Notes: generated by a model from the letters alone, not told the origin. Positions 40,938-52,112 are shown, counted from the first letter of the stretch. The stretch: DNA of 64,000 bases from Candidatus Krumholzibacteriota bacterium (GCA_963727455.1 CAVSGG010000009.1:192001-256000), one strand, 5' to 3'. A program made the numbers and translations.

Positions 40938-42173
40938 ATGCCCGGGTCGATGGCGCTGGTGACAAACATTCTCGGCTGGGGCGTTCTGCAGCTCGGTTGG
41001 CAGACTGCAGTGGTGGCGGGCTTGGTGTGGGTGCTGCGTCGAGCCGGTAGGAAGGCGCCCCCCCATTGGCGATACAGGATAGCGTGGTTGTCGCTGGTCT
41101 CACTTCCGATCCTCCCGGCGGCTACCGGCGCCGTCCTACTGTCAGGGGACGCCCCCGCGGCGATCCGCACAGGGGGTGTAGCGAGTAGTCCTGTGGTGAG
41201 GTCCGTGATGCCGGTCGCCGACTCCCTCATACAGCGCACGACCAATGTAGTCCCTTGGCTCGGGCTGGCATGGTGGGTGGTGATCGTGGCGGCCTGTGTT
41301 TGCTTTATCGTCGGAGTCTGTTCGGCGCGGCGAGTCGTGCGACGAAGCACGGCGCCGCCAGAAGAGCTCCAAGCCATGTACTTGGAGGTCGCGGCACGCC
41401 TGAATGTTCGGGCGAGACTGCGAGTGTCCGCGGAGGTGCAGGTCCCTACGATTCTCGGGGTTATTCGCCCGACAGTGCTCGTTCCTGAAGGTTTGGTGCA
41501 TGCGCCGCGAAGCGAGCTGTCGCCCTTACTCGCACATGAACTGGCCCACGTCCAGCGGGGTGATCATCGAGACAACGCCCTTCAGTTCCTTGTCCGCGCC
41601 ATCCTGGTCTTCCACCCGTTGACGCGGTGGATCTGTCGTCAGATCGATCTGGACCGCGAGTGTGCGTGTGATGATCTCGCAGCCGTTGCAGTGGAGGACC
41701 GTCGACGCTACGCTGCGTCGCTCGCCAGGCTCGAACTGAGTCTCGGGCGCACGGGAGTAGAATTGGCGCTCGGCGGTGACGGTGCACCTATCGTAGAGCG
41801 AGTTCGTCGTATGGTCGCACCACCCCATCGCCTTGGCGCAGTCGGTTGGGTCCGAATGGCCGCTATCGCGATCCTGGGTGGGACCATTCTAATCTTCGGG
41901 GCGTGCACGGGGGTGGTGACCGGCGCGGAGGCCACGCGCGACGTGATGCATCGGGTCACAGCCATCCACACTGTGCGAGCATCCGACCCTGCCGGTGTGT
42001 TCACCCTGTCGATTCGCCGCGGGCTGGCCGTGGCCGCCACCATCGATGGACGGTCTGTCAGATTCGTCCAGCATCGTGACAGCGTCACGCTAGTTCCTGA
42101 CCCCCGGTTGCTGCCCTTCACTGTTCGGGTAGGGCCAAATGGGGGAATTCACTGGTCCGCCCGAAAACCCTAA
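40938..42173 (+). CDS. M56 (BlaR1-type) antirepressor metallopeptidase
   Basis: LAHELAHV, FHP, RECACDD; adjacent to BlaI. Confidence 0.9.
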   Translation: MPGSMALVTNILGWGVLQLGWQTAVVAGLVWVLRRAGRKAPPHWRYRIAWLSLVSLPILPAATGAVLLSGDAPAAIRTGGVASSPVVRSVMPVADSLIQRTTNVVPWLGLAWWVVIVAACVCFIVGVCSARRVVRRSTAPPEELQAMYLEVAARLNVRARLRVSAEVQVPTILGVIRPTVLVPEGLVHAPRSELSPLLAHELAHVQRGDHRDNALQFLVRAILVFHPLTRWICRQIDLDRECACDDLAAVAVEDRRRYAASLARLELSLGRTGVELALGGDGAPIVERVRRMVAPPHRLGAVGWVRMAAIAILGGTILIFGACTGVVTGAEATRDVMHRVTAIHTVRASDPAGVFTLSIRRGLAVAATIDGRSVRFVQHRDSVTLVPDPRLLPFTVRVGPNGGIHWSARKP

Positions 42174-42274
42174 CAAGTCGGGAGTGAACCGTGGAATTCC
42201 GTAGCTGGAATCAAGGTGACGCGATCTCCGAATCGCTTCGGAGTTCTGGGATGAGCAACCCATGGAGGTCGAAG

Positions 42275-43741
42275 ATGTACAGACAGCATCCAGCCCTCGT
42301 CTCCCTATTGGTCTTGGTGATCACGTTCCCATGCGCCTTTCCACCGGGTGCCGGGGCGGGTGCGACAGCGGAGCCGGTGAAGATGAGCGGGTCTCGAACG
42401 GCGCCGGAGTGGACCCTTCGAGTGCTTCCCATCGACCATCTGGTTCAACTCGCGGGCCGGAGGCCGCTCCTCTGGCCGGACTTCCGGCCGGAGGTTGTGC
42501 CGACGCTCTACAACGTGAGGGGTCACGGCATGGTGTACGCGAACCCGGCCACTCCGTTGCCAGGCGAGTTCGCTCCCGTTCCCGGTTTGGTGGGCGGGTG
42601 GACCGACGAATCACCCTTCGCGTTGCTGGAGGGTCGGCAGTTTGCCATGAGTTCGATTCTTCCGAACGAGTCAGTCGCGAGCAACGCTGGACTCGCGATC
42701 CACGAGATGTTCCATCAGCACGAGGCGAGAGTTCGGTCGGAGGGGAGGATGTTCGGTGGGGCGGAAGATCCTCCCGGAATCCGGCTGTATCCCGCCTTTG
42801 ACGCGGTCAACATGACGCTGCTCGGTCGCGAGGGAGACCTGATCGCGCGGGCGCTGGCCACCACGTCTCTCGCGACGGTCCGCAACCTGGCTCGGGAATT
42901 CCTGGCCGTGCGCGCGACTCGCAGGTCTCGGCTTTCCGAGTCTGTGGTCGTCTATGAGGACATGACGGAGTTGAACGAGGGTTTGGCCGAGTACGTTAGG
43001 CTCCGGGCTCTGCAGCGGTGGGCCTCTGAGGCGCAAGCGCCATGGAACACTCAGGCGGAGCAGGAGCGCAGAAGCTTGTTGGCCCGGCAAGACAAGCTTC
43101 ACCGATTGAGCGCCCCACAGCTTCGACGCGTCTTCTACGTCACCGGTTCTGGTATCGGCTTGCTTCTGGACCGACTTGACCCGGGCTGGGCAGTGCGTTT
43201 GATTCGCGAAAACCGCACGCTGGTAGGGCAATTGAACCATGTGGTCGGCGGCCGAGCCGACACCAGAGTGTCTCCCAGTGCCGATCCTGGGGTGGCTGAG
43301 TATCTCCGGTCGCTGGAGGGCCGACGGGTGGTTGAAGCCGACAGTCTTCTTGGAGGCGAGGGGCTGGTCGTGGAGATCGTGTGGCAGGACGGCTCCGGCT
43401 TCCACGTCTGCGGTCTGGATCCTCTGAACGCCAAACCAGTCGGTGATGGGCGCGTACTGCATCGCTTTCTGCGGCTGTGCCACGACGACGAGCTGGTAGC
43501 GACGATTGGAGAGTCATCCGTGGAGGGCCTCGATGGGCACTTCATCGCTGTGCCTCTAGGGATTGACTCCCCTGACTCGTTTGTGACTGTGGACGGAGTT
43601 CCGCTGAACGAGTGGATCGACGCAGGCGCGCCCCCAGCCAAGAAACTGGCTGTCGATCACGGGGGAGTGCACATCGAGAGTCCAGTGGAACGTGTGACCT
43701 ACGCCGACTCCCACTTGAAAGCCTGGCTACGAGCGCCGTGA
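42275..43741 (+). CDS. Secreted gluzincin-like protein
   Basis: Signal peptide; IHEMFH (HExxH) plus NEGLAEY. Confidence 0.65.
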   Translation: MYRQHPALVSLLVLVITFPCAFPPGAGAGATAEPVKMSGSRTAPEWTLRVLPIDHLVQLAGRRPLLWPDFRPEVVPTLYNVRGHGMVYANPATPLPGEFAPVPGLVGGWTDESPFALLEGRQFAMSSILPNESVASNAGLAIHEMFHQHEARVRSEGRMFGGAEDPPGIRLYPAFDAVNMTLLGREGDLIARALATTSLATVRNLAREFLAVRATRRSRLSESVVVYEDMTELNEGLAEYVRLRALQRWASEAQAPWNTQAEQERRSLLARQDKLHRLSAPQLRRVFYVTGSGIGLLLDRLDPGWAVRLIRENRTLVGQLNHVVGGRADTRVSPSADPGVAEYLRSLEGRRVVEADSLLGGEGLVVEIVWQDGSGFHVCGLDPLNAKPVGDGRVLHRFLRLCHDDELVATIGESSVEGLDGHFIAVPLGIDSPDSFVTVDGVPLNEWIDAGAPPAKKLAVDHGGVHIESPVERVTYADSHLKAWLRAP

Positions 43742-43988
43742 ACGTGGGATGGCTCGCAGTGATGACACGACGACCAGTGCGTGGGCCGCTCGAACACGGC
43801 TGCGAGTGGGCGTGTAGGGAGTGAGAGGGGCTGTTCTCGGGTCATACGGTCCAGTACTTGGTAAGGCGTGTTCCGAGGCATGAATTGGGACCCCTAAGCC
43901 GGTGGGTGTCAGCACGAGACGGGGTCGAGTCGAGTCGTCCAATCAGGGGCGGGTGGGCCACCGTACCCCCCAGCATGGGAGAGAGAGC

Positions 43989-44693
43989 ATGGAGCAACGC
44001 GTCCGACGCCTCGAGAAATCACTGAGGCGAATGCAGTGGTTGGCCACTTCGACGGGGCTATTGGTGGTAATGCTAGTCGCGTATGGTGCGAAACAGAAGG
44101 CCGAACCCCAGGTCCTCCGGGCACGAGGCTTAGTTCTCGTAGATGATCAGGGGCGGGAGCGCATTCTGATCGGCGCACCCATACCATCGGCCAGTCATCG
44201 AGTCCGCACTGACGATGCTCGTGTAAGAGAAGCCTGGGCCGGCCGATACCCGGATCCCGACGAGTACATGAAGTACTACGCCGGGTATGATAACAGTACG
44301 AATGGGATGCTCATTCTCGATGAGAACGGCTTTGACCGGGTCGCGGTCGGCAGCCCGACCCCAGACCCAAACATCGGGCGACGCTTGGGACCCTCCACTG
44401 GCATTGTGATAAACGACGCACAAGGGTTCGAGCGATCCGGATACGGACTCCTCACGGTGAACGGATCGGACCGAGTGGTCCTTGGTCTTGATTCGAATCG
44501 AGGTACGGAAGGGTTAGTACTCTCGCTTCACGACGAGAGTGGCTACGTTGGAATGGACGTCGCCAGTGGGTCCGATCGGATCTTCGTGGGAAGTAAGAAT
44601 GGTCAGAAGCCTGACGGAGAGCCTAGCTCGGAGCTGGCGATCACACGTGGAGACAGCATCCTCTACTCGACTCAAGCGCACGGGTCCAAGTGA
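43989..44693 (+). CDS. Hypothetical single-TM anchored protein
   Basis: Short coiled coil plus TM, then repeated L.D..G.ER beta units; RBS-like GGAGAG. Confidence 0.6.
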   Translation: MEQRVRRLEKSLRRMQWLATSTGLLVVMLVAYGAKQKAEPQVLRARGLVLVDDQGRERILIGAPIPSASHRVRTDDARVREAWAGRYPDPDEYMKYYAGYDNSTNGMLILDENGFDRVAVGSPTPDPNIGRRLGPSTGIVINDAQGFERSGYGLLTVNGSDRVVLGLDSNRGTEGLVLSLHDESGYVGMDVASGSDRIFVGSKNGQKPDGEPSSELAITRGDSILYSTQAHGSK

Positions 44694-44771
44694 ACGTGAC
44701 CCGCCCGCTGCGTAGAGGGAATGGCGATCGGGCCACCATCACTCTGGAGAGGCCTGTCCCTTGTCCCCACC

Positions 44772-45820
44772 CCGAGTTCAATAAGCAAGTGCAACACTTC
44801 TGGCTTAGCGACTTCCGCGCTAGAATGCGCGGATTATGTCTAAACACTACAAGCACTTGTCCGAAGAGGAGCGGGATCGTCTGGCGATCCTCAAGGGCCA
44901 GGACCTGCCGATGAGAGCGATCGCGGCTCAACTCGGTCGGTCTCCCTCGACGATCTCACGGGAGCTGCGTCGTAACGCCTCCTCCGGCAGATCAAGCGGC
45001 TATCTGCCCCATAAAGCCCAAACCGAAGCCGACCTTCGTTGGAGGCAAAGTCATCGTCGGCCGCGTCTGAAAGCCCCCTTCCTGAGGTCATATGTCCGAA
45101 TCGGTCTCAAACGAGGCTGGTCACCCGAGCAGATCGCCGGACGACTTCGATACGAAGGTCACTCGCTGACCGTCAGTCACGAAGCCATCTATCAATGGAT
45201 CTACCTCGAGGCTAGGGAGCTGATCCCTCGGCTCGCCAAGTCTCACCGCAAACGACTACCGCGCCGGTATTGCAAACACTCCCGATTCCGTATCCCCAAC
45301 AGGGTTTTCATCTCCGAACGCCCCCAGCATGTGCTTACACGGGAACAGCCAGGACACTGGGAGGTCGACACCGCCAACTCACCTCGCGGGACGGCGGCGC
45401 TCGCTGTTGCTGTCGAACGCAAGACTCGGTACATGAGGATCAAGGCCATCTCTCGAAAAACGGCTATGGCGTTCCGCAAGTCGCTGGTTGAAAGTCTCGG
45501 CAGCTATCCCGACCACATCCGAGCGACAATCACTTACGATAACGGTGCAGAGAACACATGCCATTGCTGGGTCGATCGCGCCCTGGGCACTCAGGCGTAC
45601 TTCTGTGAACCTTAGCACAGCTGGGAAAAGGGGACTGTTGAGAACAGCATCGGCTTGGTCCGACGCTACTTCCCAAAGGGAACATACTTCAACAAAGTGA
45701 CAAGGAATCAGGTAGTATCGGTCGAGAGAAGACTGAACAACAGGCCTCGTAAGTGCCTGAATTGCCAAACACCTGCGGAGGCGTTCAGACAGGCGTGTTG
45801 CACTTAGTCGTTGAATGCAG
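44772..45820 (+). mobile_element. IS30-family element
   Basis: 26-bp imperfect IRs (44772-44797 and 45795-45820) sharing TTCAA..AAGTGCAACAC. Confidence 0.88.
44836..45807 (+). pseudogene. IS30 transposase with premature TAG at 45613-45615
   Basis: STISRELRRN, WSPEQIAG, GHWEVDT, TYDNG; the frame continues HSWEKGTVEN..LNNRPRK after the stop. Confidence 0.85.
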
Positions 45821-45834
45821 TGTAGGGACACTTC

Positions 45835-45927
45835 GTGAAGACGATTCTGGGTATTTCTGCCTTCCATCATGACAGCGCGGCGTGCCTGGTCGGCGACGGA
45901 AAACTCGTCGCCGCGGCCGCGCGCTAG
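45835..45927 (+). pseudogene. N-terminal fragment of a NodU/CmcH-type carbamoyltransferase
   Basis: Manual translation MKTILGISAFHHDSAACLVGDGKLVAAAAR* matches the family N-terminus. Confidence 0.65.
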
Positions 45928-46110
45928 CGCCGGCTTTCCCAGCATCGAATTTGGTTTTTGGTCCCCTTCGGGTGTCACACTTCCCGAGGTGGAACGACCC
46001 TTTCTCTGCGAACGCCCCGATTCGTCCGCGCGCCGCGCCGTTGCGAGCATTCCCCCCGCGTTCGCATCCCATCCTGACCTGCGCCGCGCCCAGGCGAGGA
46101 GGAGGCCCCA

Positions 46111-48858
46111 ATGCCCGGATTCCGCCGTAATCTCTGTATTCCCGCCCGAGCTTTCTCGGATTCTCGGGCTCGAGGCCTGATGGTCCTTTTCCTCGTCGTG
46201 TTCGGGGTATCATGGACTTCCGGTTTGTCTGCGCGCTTGAGCGATGCGGCAGAGCCGGCTTCCAAATCACTGCCCCCGGGAACCCCCAGCGTCACGAACT
46301 CCATCGTGAAATTGCCCGGGGGGCCCAGCGTCATTACCTGCCTACCCGACGGGTCTGGACCCTCGTTGGCCGATGCCGGCGCTACCATTCAGGTACAGGT
46401 TCTCGACGACGTCAACCATCCCATTCCCTTCGTGGCAGCAAGTCGCATCACACTGAAGGCTCTACCCAACAGTGATCTCAGCTGGTGCTCTGGACCACTT
46501 ACCGCAGACGCACCCACCGACGATGCCGGGTATACCGAATTCACCATGCCACTTGCCGCCGGTGGCTATGCCCAACAGATGGAGGTTTGCATCGACGATG
46601 TCCCGATCGGCGGCAGCCTCACCCCCATTCCGATCAATCTCGAAGTGCGGTGCTTCGACCTCGACAAGGACTTGAACTTGACTCTCCTGGACTGGGTTCT
46701 CTTCGACGAGCTGGGCTCCATGGACGACCAGAGAGTGGACTATAACCAGGACGGAGTCGTGTCTCAGGTCGATACGGAGATCTTCCTGGCCCATCTCGCC
46801 CTCGATTTCGACTGTCCTTCCAACCCACCAAACATCGGTCCCGCGCAGGGAGTACTCGGCATCTATTTTGATGAGGCGGGAACGCAGACGATTGGGAACG
46901 CAGCTCCCGGATCGACTTTCGACGTATACGTCATCGCAAGAGGACTCACCGCGGGGTACCCCAAGAGAGCATTCGAGCTCGGGCTTCCCTTCCTCGACGA
47001 CCCTGCCATCGAAGTGGTCTCCACGGAGTTTGGCCCCGCTCCCGCCTACTGGAGGCCTGGGAACTCCGTGCCACCTTCTGACTTGAGTTTGGTGTGGTAC
47101 TCTGCAGTGATTTCCATCCTTCCCTATCCGGATACTGACGAGTTGATGCTCTTACATCTGAGGCTACGGCTCCGGTACACGATCGAGGGCCTCGAGCTGC
47201 GGCCGGGTGCGTACTCCCATTCCAGCTTCGGAAGCCCTGGTGTGCCAGGCTGGGTCGGCGGCGACCCGAATATCGTCAGTCATCCCTTCGTAGGCACGAC
47301 CAGCGCCACTCTCAATCCCTTTCCGGGTGAGGTCTATGCCGGCCTGGTGACCGAAGCCTTCGATGCCGCCACACTCACGAGCGTCTCGGGAGGTCTCGAG
47401 CTCGGCGGACTCGATTTTTCCATGGGCGCGATGAACATCGACCTGATGGGGGGAGGAGGATCCTCTTCCAAAGTCGGAACCGCCGGGGTGGACGGAGCCG
47501 GCATCGTCTTCGCCAACTCCATGCCCACCGCAAATCTGGTTGACGGCGCAAGCCTGAACTGGAGTTACCAGAGCCCGGGCGGTGCCTCGCTCGTCACACT
47601 TCAGTCCACCGCGTCCTCCGGCGTCATGACCCACCAGGTGGACATGAGTGCGTTGGGATCTCCCACGCTTTCGCTGAACTTCACCCAGGACGACCAAAGC
47701 GTCTTCTCGCAGAGTGGCTTCAACGGCAGCTGGCAATGCGACGAGGGACTGCCCGCCGTCCTGGGTCTCTTTACCATCGGTGAAGAACTGAATCTGCTGT
47801 GCGACTGGGGGAAGGACGTGACGGTGTCCATCGGGGGACAGGATTACGTCGGCGATCAGTTGATCCTGACCTCGGAGACGGGTGGCACCGTGCCGCGGGG
47901 TCTCTTCGGACGAATCCACCTCGCGGCCAACCACGTCCCCCCCATTCAAATCTCCTCCTTCGGGATCCAGCGCTTTGACCAGATCTACCGCGATCTGCAA
48001 AACGGCTACTACGTGAACACCAATGCGGGCCTGGAAGTCATTCGCTCGGACTGGAACAACCCGGCGTCGTTCCTGGTGGAGCGGCTCGACGGTCAACCCG
48101 TGGCACTGAATTTCCCCGGTCCCAACATGACCACCGAACCCGATGGCGCGGTGGACGTCGTGTTCCAGGGCAACAATACCGGTAGCGAGGTGAAGTGGAG
48201 CCTGCGCAATGGTCCCACTGTCCAACTCGCGACCGACTTCAGCGGCGTGGGCGCCAGCGGCTGGACGGTGCAGGGCTTGGTCGGCGGCATCAAACAGTGG
48301 GAGTACGGCGGAAGTACGCCGGAACTCGCGTCCCTCGAGAGTTGGCCTTTACGCCCGGCGATGACCGCGACTGGCGTGAGCACCGAATGGAACTCCCCTA
48401 CCGTGGTCAGCGAGCCCGGTGGCACTCCACACACCGCCGTCAGCGCGTTGCAGGTGGATGCGGTCCAACCCACGCAGCCCTTGCCCGATGGCAGCAAGGC
48501 CACGGTCAGCTTCTCGGATATGCGCGAGCTTGTCCTGACCGAGCAGCAGTTCTCGACCGCCAATCCGAGCGTGACGCGTCGAGTCAGCGGTCTTCTTGAG
48601 CCCTATCCCAATCCCTTCAATCCGTCGACCAAGATCAGAATGTACCTGGAAAACCAAGGCCACGTGCGCTTGGAGATTTTCGACGTGCGTGGACGTAGAG
48701 TCCGTCGCCTACTCGACGGACCGATGCCGGCCGGCGAATCCTACATCCGATGGGATGGGCGCGATCAGAATGGCGGCGCCCTGGCTTCGGGAATTTACTT
48801 CGCGCATCTGGTGACGAGCTCGGGAGAATTCAGCGAAAAGCTCGCGCTGGTGCGCTAA
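46111..48858 (+). CDS. Large secreted protein with dockerin/EF-hand-like repeat and C-terminal FlgD-Ig/T9SS-like domain
   Basis: DLDKDLNLTLLD and DYNQDGVVSQVD pair; PYPNPFNP..IFDVRGR..WDGRD..ASGIYF. Confidence 0.8.
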   Translation: MPGFRRNLCIPARAFSDSRARGLMVLFLVVFGVSWTSGLSARLSDAAEPASKSLPPGTPSVTNSIVKLPGGPSVITCLPDGSGPSLADAGATIQVQVLDDVNHPIPFVAASRITLKALPNSDLSWCSGPLTADAPTDDAGYTEFTMPLAAGGYAQQMEVCIDDVPIGGSLTPIPINLEVRCFDLDKDLNLTLLDWVLFDELGSMDDQRVDYNQDGVVSQVDTEIFLAHLALDFDCPSNPPNIGPAQGVLGIYFDEAGTQTIGNAAPGSTFDVYVIARGLTAGYPKRAFELGLPFLDDPAIEVVSTEFGPAPAYWRPGNSVPPSDLSLVWYSAVISILPYPDTDELMLLHLRLRLRYTIEGLELRPGAYSHSSFGSPGVPGWVGGDPNIVSHPFVGTTSATLNPFPGEVYAGLVTEAFDAATLTSVSGGLELGGLDFSMGAMNIDLMGGGGSSSKVGTAGVDGAGIVFANSMPTANLVDGASLNWSYQSPGGASLVTLQSTASSGVMTHQVDMSALGSPTLSLNFTQDDQSVFSQSGFNGSWQCDEGLPAVLGLFTIGEELNLLCDWGKDVTVSIGGQDYVGDQLILTSETGGTVPRGLFGRIHLAANHVPPIQISSFGIQRFDQIYRDLQNGYYVNTNAGLEVIRSDWNNPASFLVERLDGQPVALNFPGPNMTTEPDGAVDVVFQGNNTGSEVKWSLRNGPTVQLATDFSGVGASGWTVQGLVGGIKQWEYGGSTPELASLESWPLRPAMTATGVSTEWNSPTVVSEPGGTPHTAVSALQVDAVQPTQPLPDGSKATVSFSDMRELVLTEQQFSTANPSVTRRVSGLLEPYPNPFNPSTKIRMYLENQGHVRLEIFDVRGRRVRRLLDGPMPAGESYIRWDGRDQNGGALASGIYFAHLVTSSGEFSEKLALVR

Positions 48859-48949
48859 ACGATGCGGAATTGACTCTCTCTCCATCATAGGACACATTTG
48901 TCTCTTATGTGAGCCCAGTGTGTTCCAGTCCTTACATGGAGAGGGTCGA

Positions 48950-49776
48950 ATGATGAGTGTTTCCAAGCGCCTTCTTCTGTGCTCTGTACTGTTCTTTGTT
49001 CTGATCGTTCCCATCTCCGCGGTCGCGGAGTCCATATGGCTTCCCCGGCCTGATCAAGGCGATGAGCTGCGCTTGGAAGCGGTTCTCCCCAACGTGGATG
49101 ATGGGAATTTCACGACCTTTTCTCTGGCCTGATCTTATCCGGCACCTTCGAGACCAAAGAGACCCTCGCCCTCAGTGTGGACGTCCCGTTCGCCCACGTC
49201 GCCAACCCAGAAGGACCCGAGTCCTCTACGGCCATCGGGAACCCCTACATTGGTCTGCGTTTGGGACCCCGTGATGCAGGAGTCATGGGTGAGATCGGTG
49301 TCCGTCTGCCCTTCGCCCCGGACAACGAAGAAGCAGCTCTGTTCGGCTTTCTCATCGATCAGGTGGACCGGCCGGAGGCCTTCCTCCCCGAAGTGGCTTC
49401 GGCGACACTGGGCCTCAATTACCGCTACCGTTCCGCGGAGGGATTTGGTGTGAGATTGCGTCTGGCACCCATCCTCTGGTTCGACTCGGGTACGACCTTG
49501 GCCGACGACTTCGAAGCTTGGGTCAGCTATAGCGTGCATGGCACCTATCGCGCGGGGCCTGCCTCCTTCGGCGCAGGTTTTGTGGGACGTTATTGGGCAT
49601 CCGATGATTCCGACGCCAATTTCGGCCAGAAGTCTGTTCATGAGTTCGATATTTTCACGAACCTCGATTACGGCCGCCTGAAGCCCAGCATTCGTATTCG
49701 CATTCCTTTGGACAAGGACCTCACGGAGATTTACGACCCCAGTGCCGTGCTGAGTTTGGGCGTCGGTTTACCCTGA
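48950..49776 (+). pseudogene. Outer-membrane barrel-like protein with a 1-nt frameshift near 49130
   Basis: ORFs 48950-49132 and 49177-49776 join if GCCTGATC is read as GCC TGG ATC; signal peptide; GNPYIG. Confidence 0.6.
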
Positions 49777-49798
49777 GCGTAAAGGCAGTCTTGGTGCG

Positions 49799-52099
49799 CT
49801 AGACGCTTCTCGGGCGGCGCTTTTGGTACAGCAAGGAGATCGCAAGAACCAACACGCCCAGACCAACGAATGCCGCGATCCGGTAGCCCTGTTCCAAGCT
49901 AGTCAGATCGACCACGAAGACTTTCGCGATCGTGATGGCAAGCATCGTAATCCCCAAAAGTCGCATGGGTTTGAACTGCGCGAGGAAACCGACCGCGATC
50001 ACCGCCGCGGCGTAGAACGCCCATACCAGGGAGAGGGTCAGCAGGCTCTCGCGTTCGCTCGAAACCATCCCCGCATGCGCGCGGAACGAGAAGTGATAGA
50101 GAATCTCGGCGGAGATAATCCAAATGAGTGCGCAGAGAGCACTGAGCACCAGCGGCATTGGTAGTTTGTACTCGCCCGCGCTAACTCGGGCGCGATACCG
50201 GTGGAAGCTCCAGGCCACCCCGGCGAGGAGCACCGGCAGCACGAGCTCGATTGAGAATTGAAAGTTGAAGAACGGCCGCAGCCCCGCCTCATACGCGCGA
50301 TCGGACAGGATGTCCCACAGCAGGATCTTCGCCGTCGTCAAAGTGAGCAGCGCCACTCCCAAAAGTCGCAGCGGCCGGAAGCGAGTCAAGAGTCCGGTCG
50401 CGAGCACCGCACCCGTGGTTAGCAGCCAAAACAACGAAATCGATGCCATGCGTTGGGGCGCATACTCGAGATCTGTGCCAAGGCCATGAAGTTTCCACCA
50501 AGCAGCGATCTCGAAACTCCCCTTCCACCACAGCACCAATGCAGCGAGCAGGACCAATGGCACGATCAAGTGCTCCTCGAAGCGCGCCAACTCGAAACGT
50601 CCCCGCTGGTAGGACCACCCCGACCAGGCCAAAAGACCCGTCACCGCGAGTCCGGTGAGGAATTGCCCGTTCAAGAGGAAATGAAATGCCTCAGGGTCTC
50701 TCTGCGATATGGGAAGGTCGAAGGCGAGAACCCGCACCAGCGCCAGCACCAGGACGGTCAGTCCGGCGATACGGTGGTTGCGATCCGCGCCGAGAATTCC
50801 GTGCACCAAAAGAACGCCCGCCAGAGCCGTCCAGCCCAGAGTGATCCAGCTCAGATCGAATTGCACCGGTACGGCGAGTGCAGCCAAGGCGATCGCGGTG
50901 TAGAAGTTCATGCGGGCGCCGGCATCGCTGATGCGGGCGTTGGCGCTGGAGCGATACACGGTGAAACTCAGCAGCAGGTATGCAAATGCAAGCAAGCCCA
51001 AGGCGAGACCTTGATACCGAAGCGCATCGGGCCTGAGCACGTGGTAACAAAAAAGGCCGAAGAGCAGGCCGTTGGCGACGGTCAGGATTCCCCGTGCCAC
51101 GCTCCAAAACTCCGCCGGAGGTCCAAAGCGTCTTGGCCGAACATCCAAATTTCGACGTCCATACAGCCCGCGGAACCTCGGGCTCAGGGCGAAGATCAAC
51201 CAGGAGGCGCCGACAAACACAAAGGCAAACAAGCGGCTAGAAGTCTCGTATTCGGCGTCCATCCACAGGGCAATCAGGAGACTCGCGCCGGCGAAAGAAG
51301 CCAGGGGCAAGCCGGCCCATCCACGCCTCAATCCCACCAGGACCGCGCCCAGGTTGACTGCCACCAGATAGGGAAGCAGTGCGTTGGTGAGTCCTTCGGT
51401 GTGGGGAAAGAGAACCGGAGTCAACAGCGCGCCGGTGAGGGTCAAAGAAGCGATGGTCAAGGAGTGGCGCTCGAGGGCGAGCCAGGCGCCAGCCACCGCG
51501 ACCAAAAGGAGCATGGGCAGGACCGCCCCCAGCGGCACGAGGTGGTGAAAGCCGTAGGCCGAATAGGCGACCAGAAAGAGCAGCGCCACTCCCCCACCAA
51601 GCAGACCCAATCCGAGGAAATGCAGACTCTCGCTGCGGCTCCATGCGCGGCCGATGACACAAAAGGCGAGCGCCACCGCAAGTCCGATGATCAGCTGCGG
51701 CAGTCCGGCCAGAAAACTCGCACCCAGGTCGACGCCCAAGAAGAAGGCGGTGCCAAAAAAGAGTGCCAGCACCCCGATCCAGGTGAGCCACTGTCCTCCC
51801 AGAATCGCTTCCAGATCGAGCGGCCGGCCGCGATCCTCCTCGCCGCGGCTGCTGGGTTCCCCGCGGCCGCTGCGGGCTCTGCGCAATCTTTCGGCGAGAC
51901 CGGCGCTGCCTTTGCTCGCTACTCGAGAAGTCACCGCGACCGGAGGGGTTGAGCTCGGCGCGGTAGCCCGCGTTGTCGCTGCGAGGCCGAGCTCGGCGCG
52001 TAGACGGTCGATCCGGCGCAGGCAAACGATGCCCACGGTCAGACCGACGGGACCGGCCAGAACGGCCACGAGCACGAGGATGATGACGATTGCCTCCAC
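49799..52099 (-). CDS. DUF2339-family membrane protein
   Basis: LEAILGGQWLTWIG; C-terminal KVFVVDL..L..GYRIAAF. Confidence 0.85.
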   Translation of the reverse strand: MEAIVIILVLVAVLAGPVGLTVGIVCLRRIDRLRAELGLAATTRATAPSSTPPVAVTSRVASKGSAGLAERLRRARSGRGEPSSRGEEDRGRPLDLEAILGGQWLTWIGVLALFFGTAFFLGVDLGASFLAGLPQLIIGLAVALAFCVIGRAWSRSESLHFLGLGLLGGGVALLFLVAYSAYGFHHLVPLGAVLPMLLLVAVAGAWLALERHSLTIASLTLTGALLTPVLFPHTEGLTNALLPYLVAVNLGAVLVGLRRGWAGLPLASFAGASLLIALWMDAEYETSSRLFAFVFVGASWLIFALSPRFRGLYGRRNLDVRPRRFGPPAEFWSVARGILTVANGLLFGLFCYHVLRPDALRYQGLALGLLAFAYLLLSFTVYRSSANARISDAGARMNFYTAIALAALAVPVQFDLSWITLGWTALAGVLLVHGILGADRNHRIAGLTVLVLALVRVLAFDLPISQRDPEAFHFLLNGQFLTGLAVTGLLAWSGWSYQRGRFELARFEEHLIVPLVLLAALVLWWKGSFEIAAWWKLHGLGTDLEYAPQRMASISLFWLLTTGAVLATGLLTRFRPLRLLGVALLTLTTAKILLWDILSDRAYEAGLRPFFNFQFSIELVLPVLLAGVAWSFHRYRARVSAGEYKLPMPLVLSALCALIWIISAEILYHFSFRAHAGMVSSERESLLTLSLVWAFYAAAVIAVGFLAQFKPMRLLGITMLAITIAKVFVVDLTSLEQGYRIAAFVGLGVLVLAISLLYQKRRPRSV

Positions 52100-52112
52100 G
52101 GGAATCCCTCCT

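Noticed and set aside
43735-43820. attC-like site after the gluzincin gene (CTCGCAG/CTGCGAG)
   Set aside because: No GTT R' box at the expected position
45613-45615. Pyrrolysine or amber readthrough in the IS30 transposase
   Set aside because: TAG is used as a normal stop across the window; a single TAC-to-TAG change is sufficient
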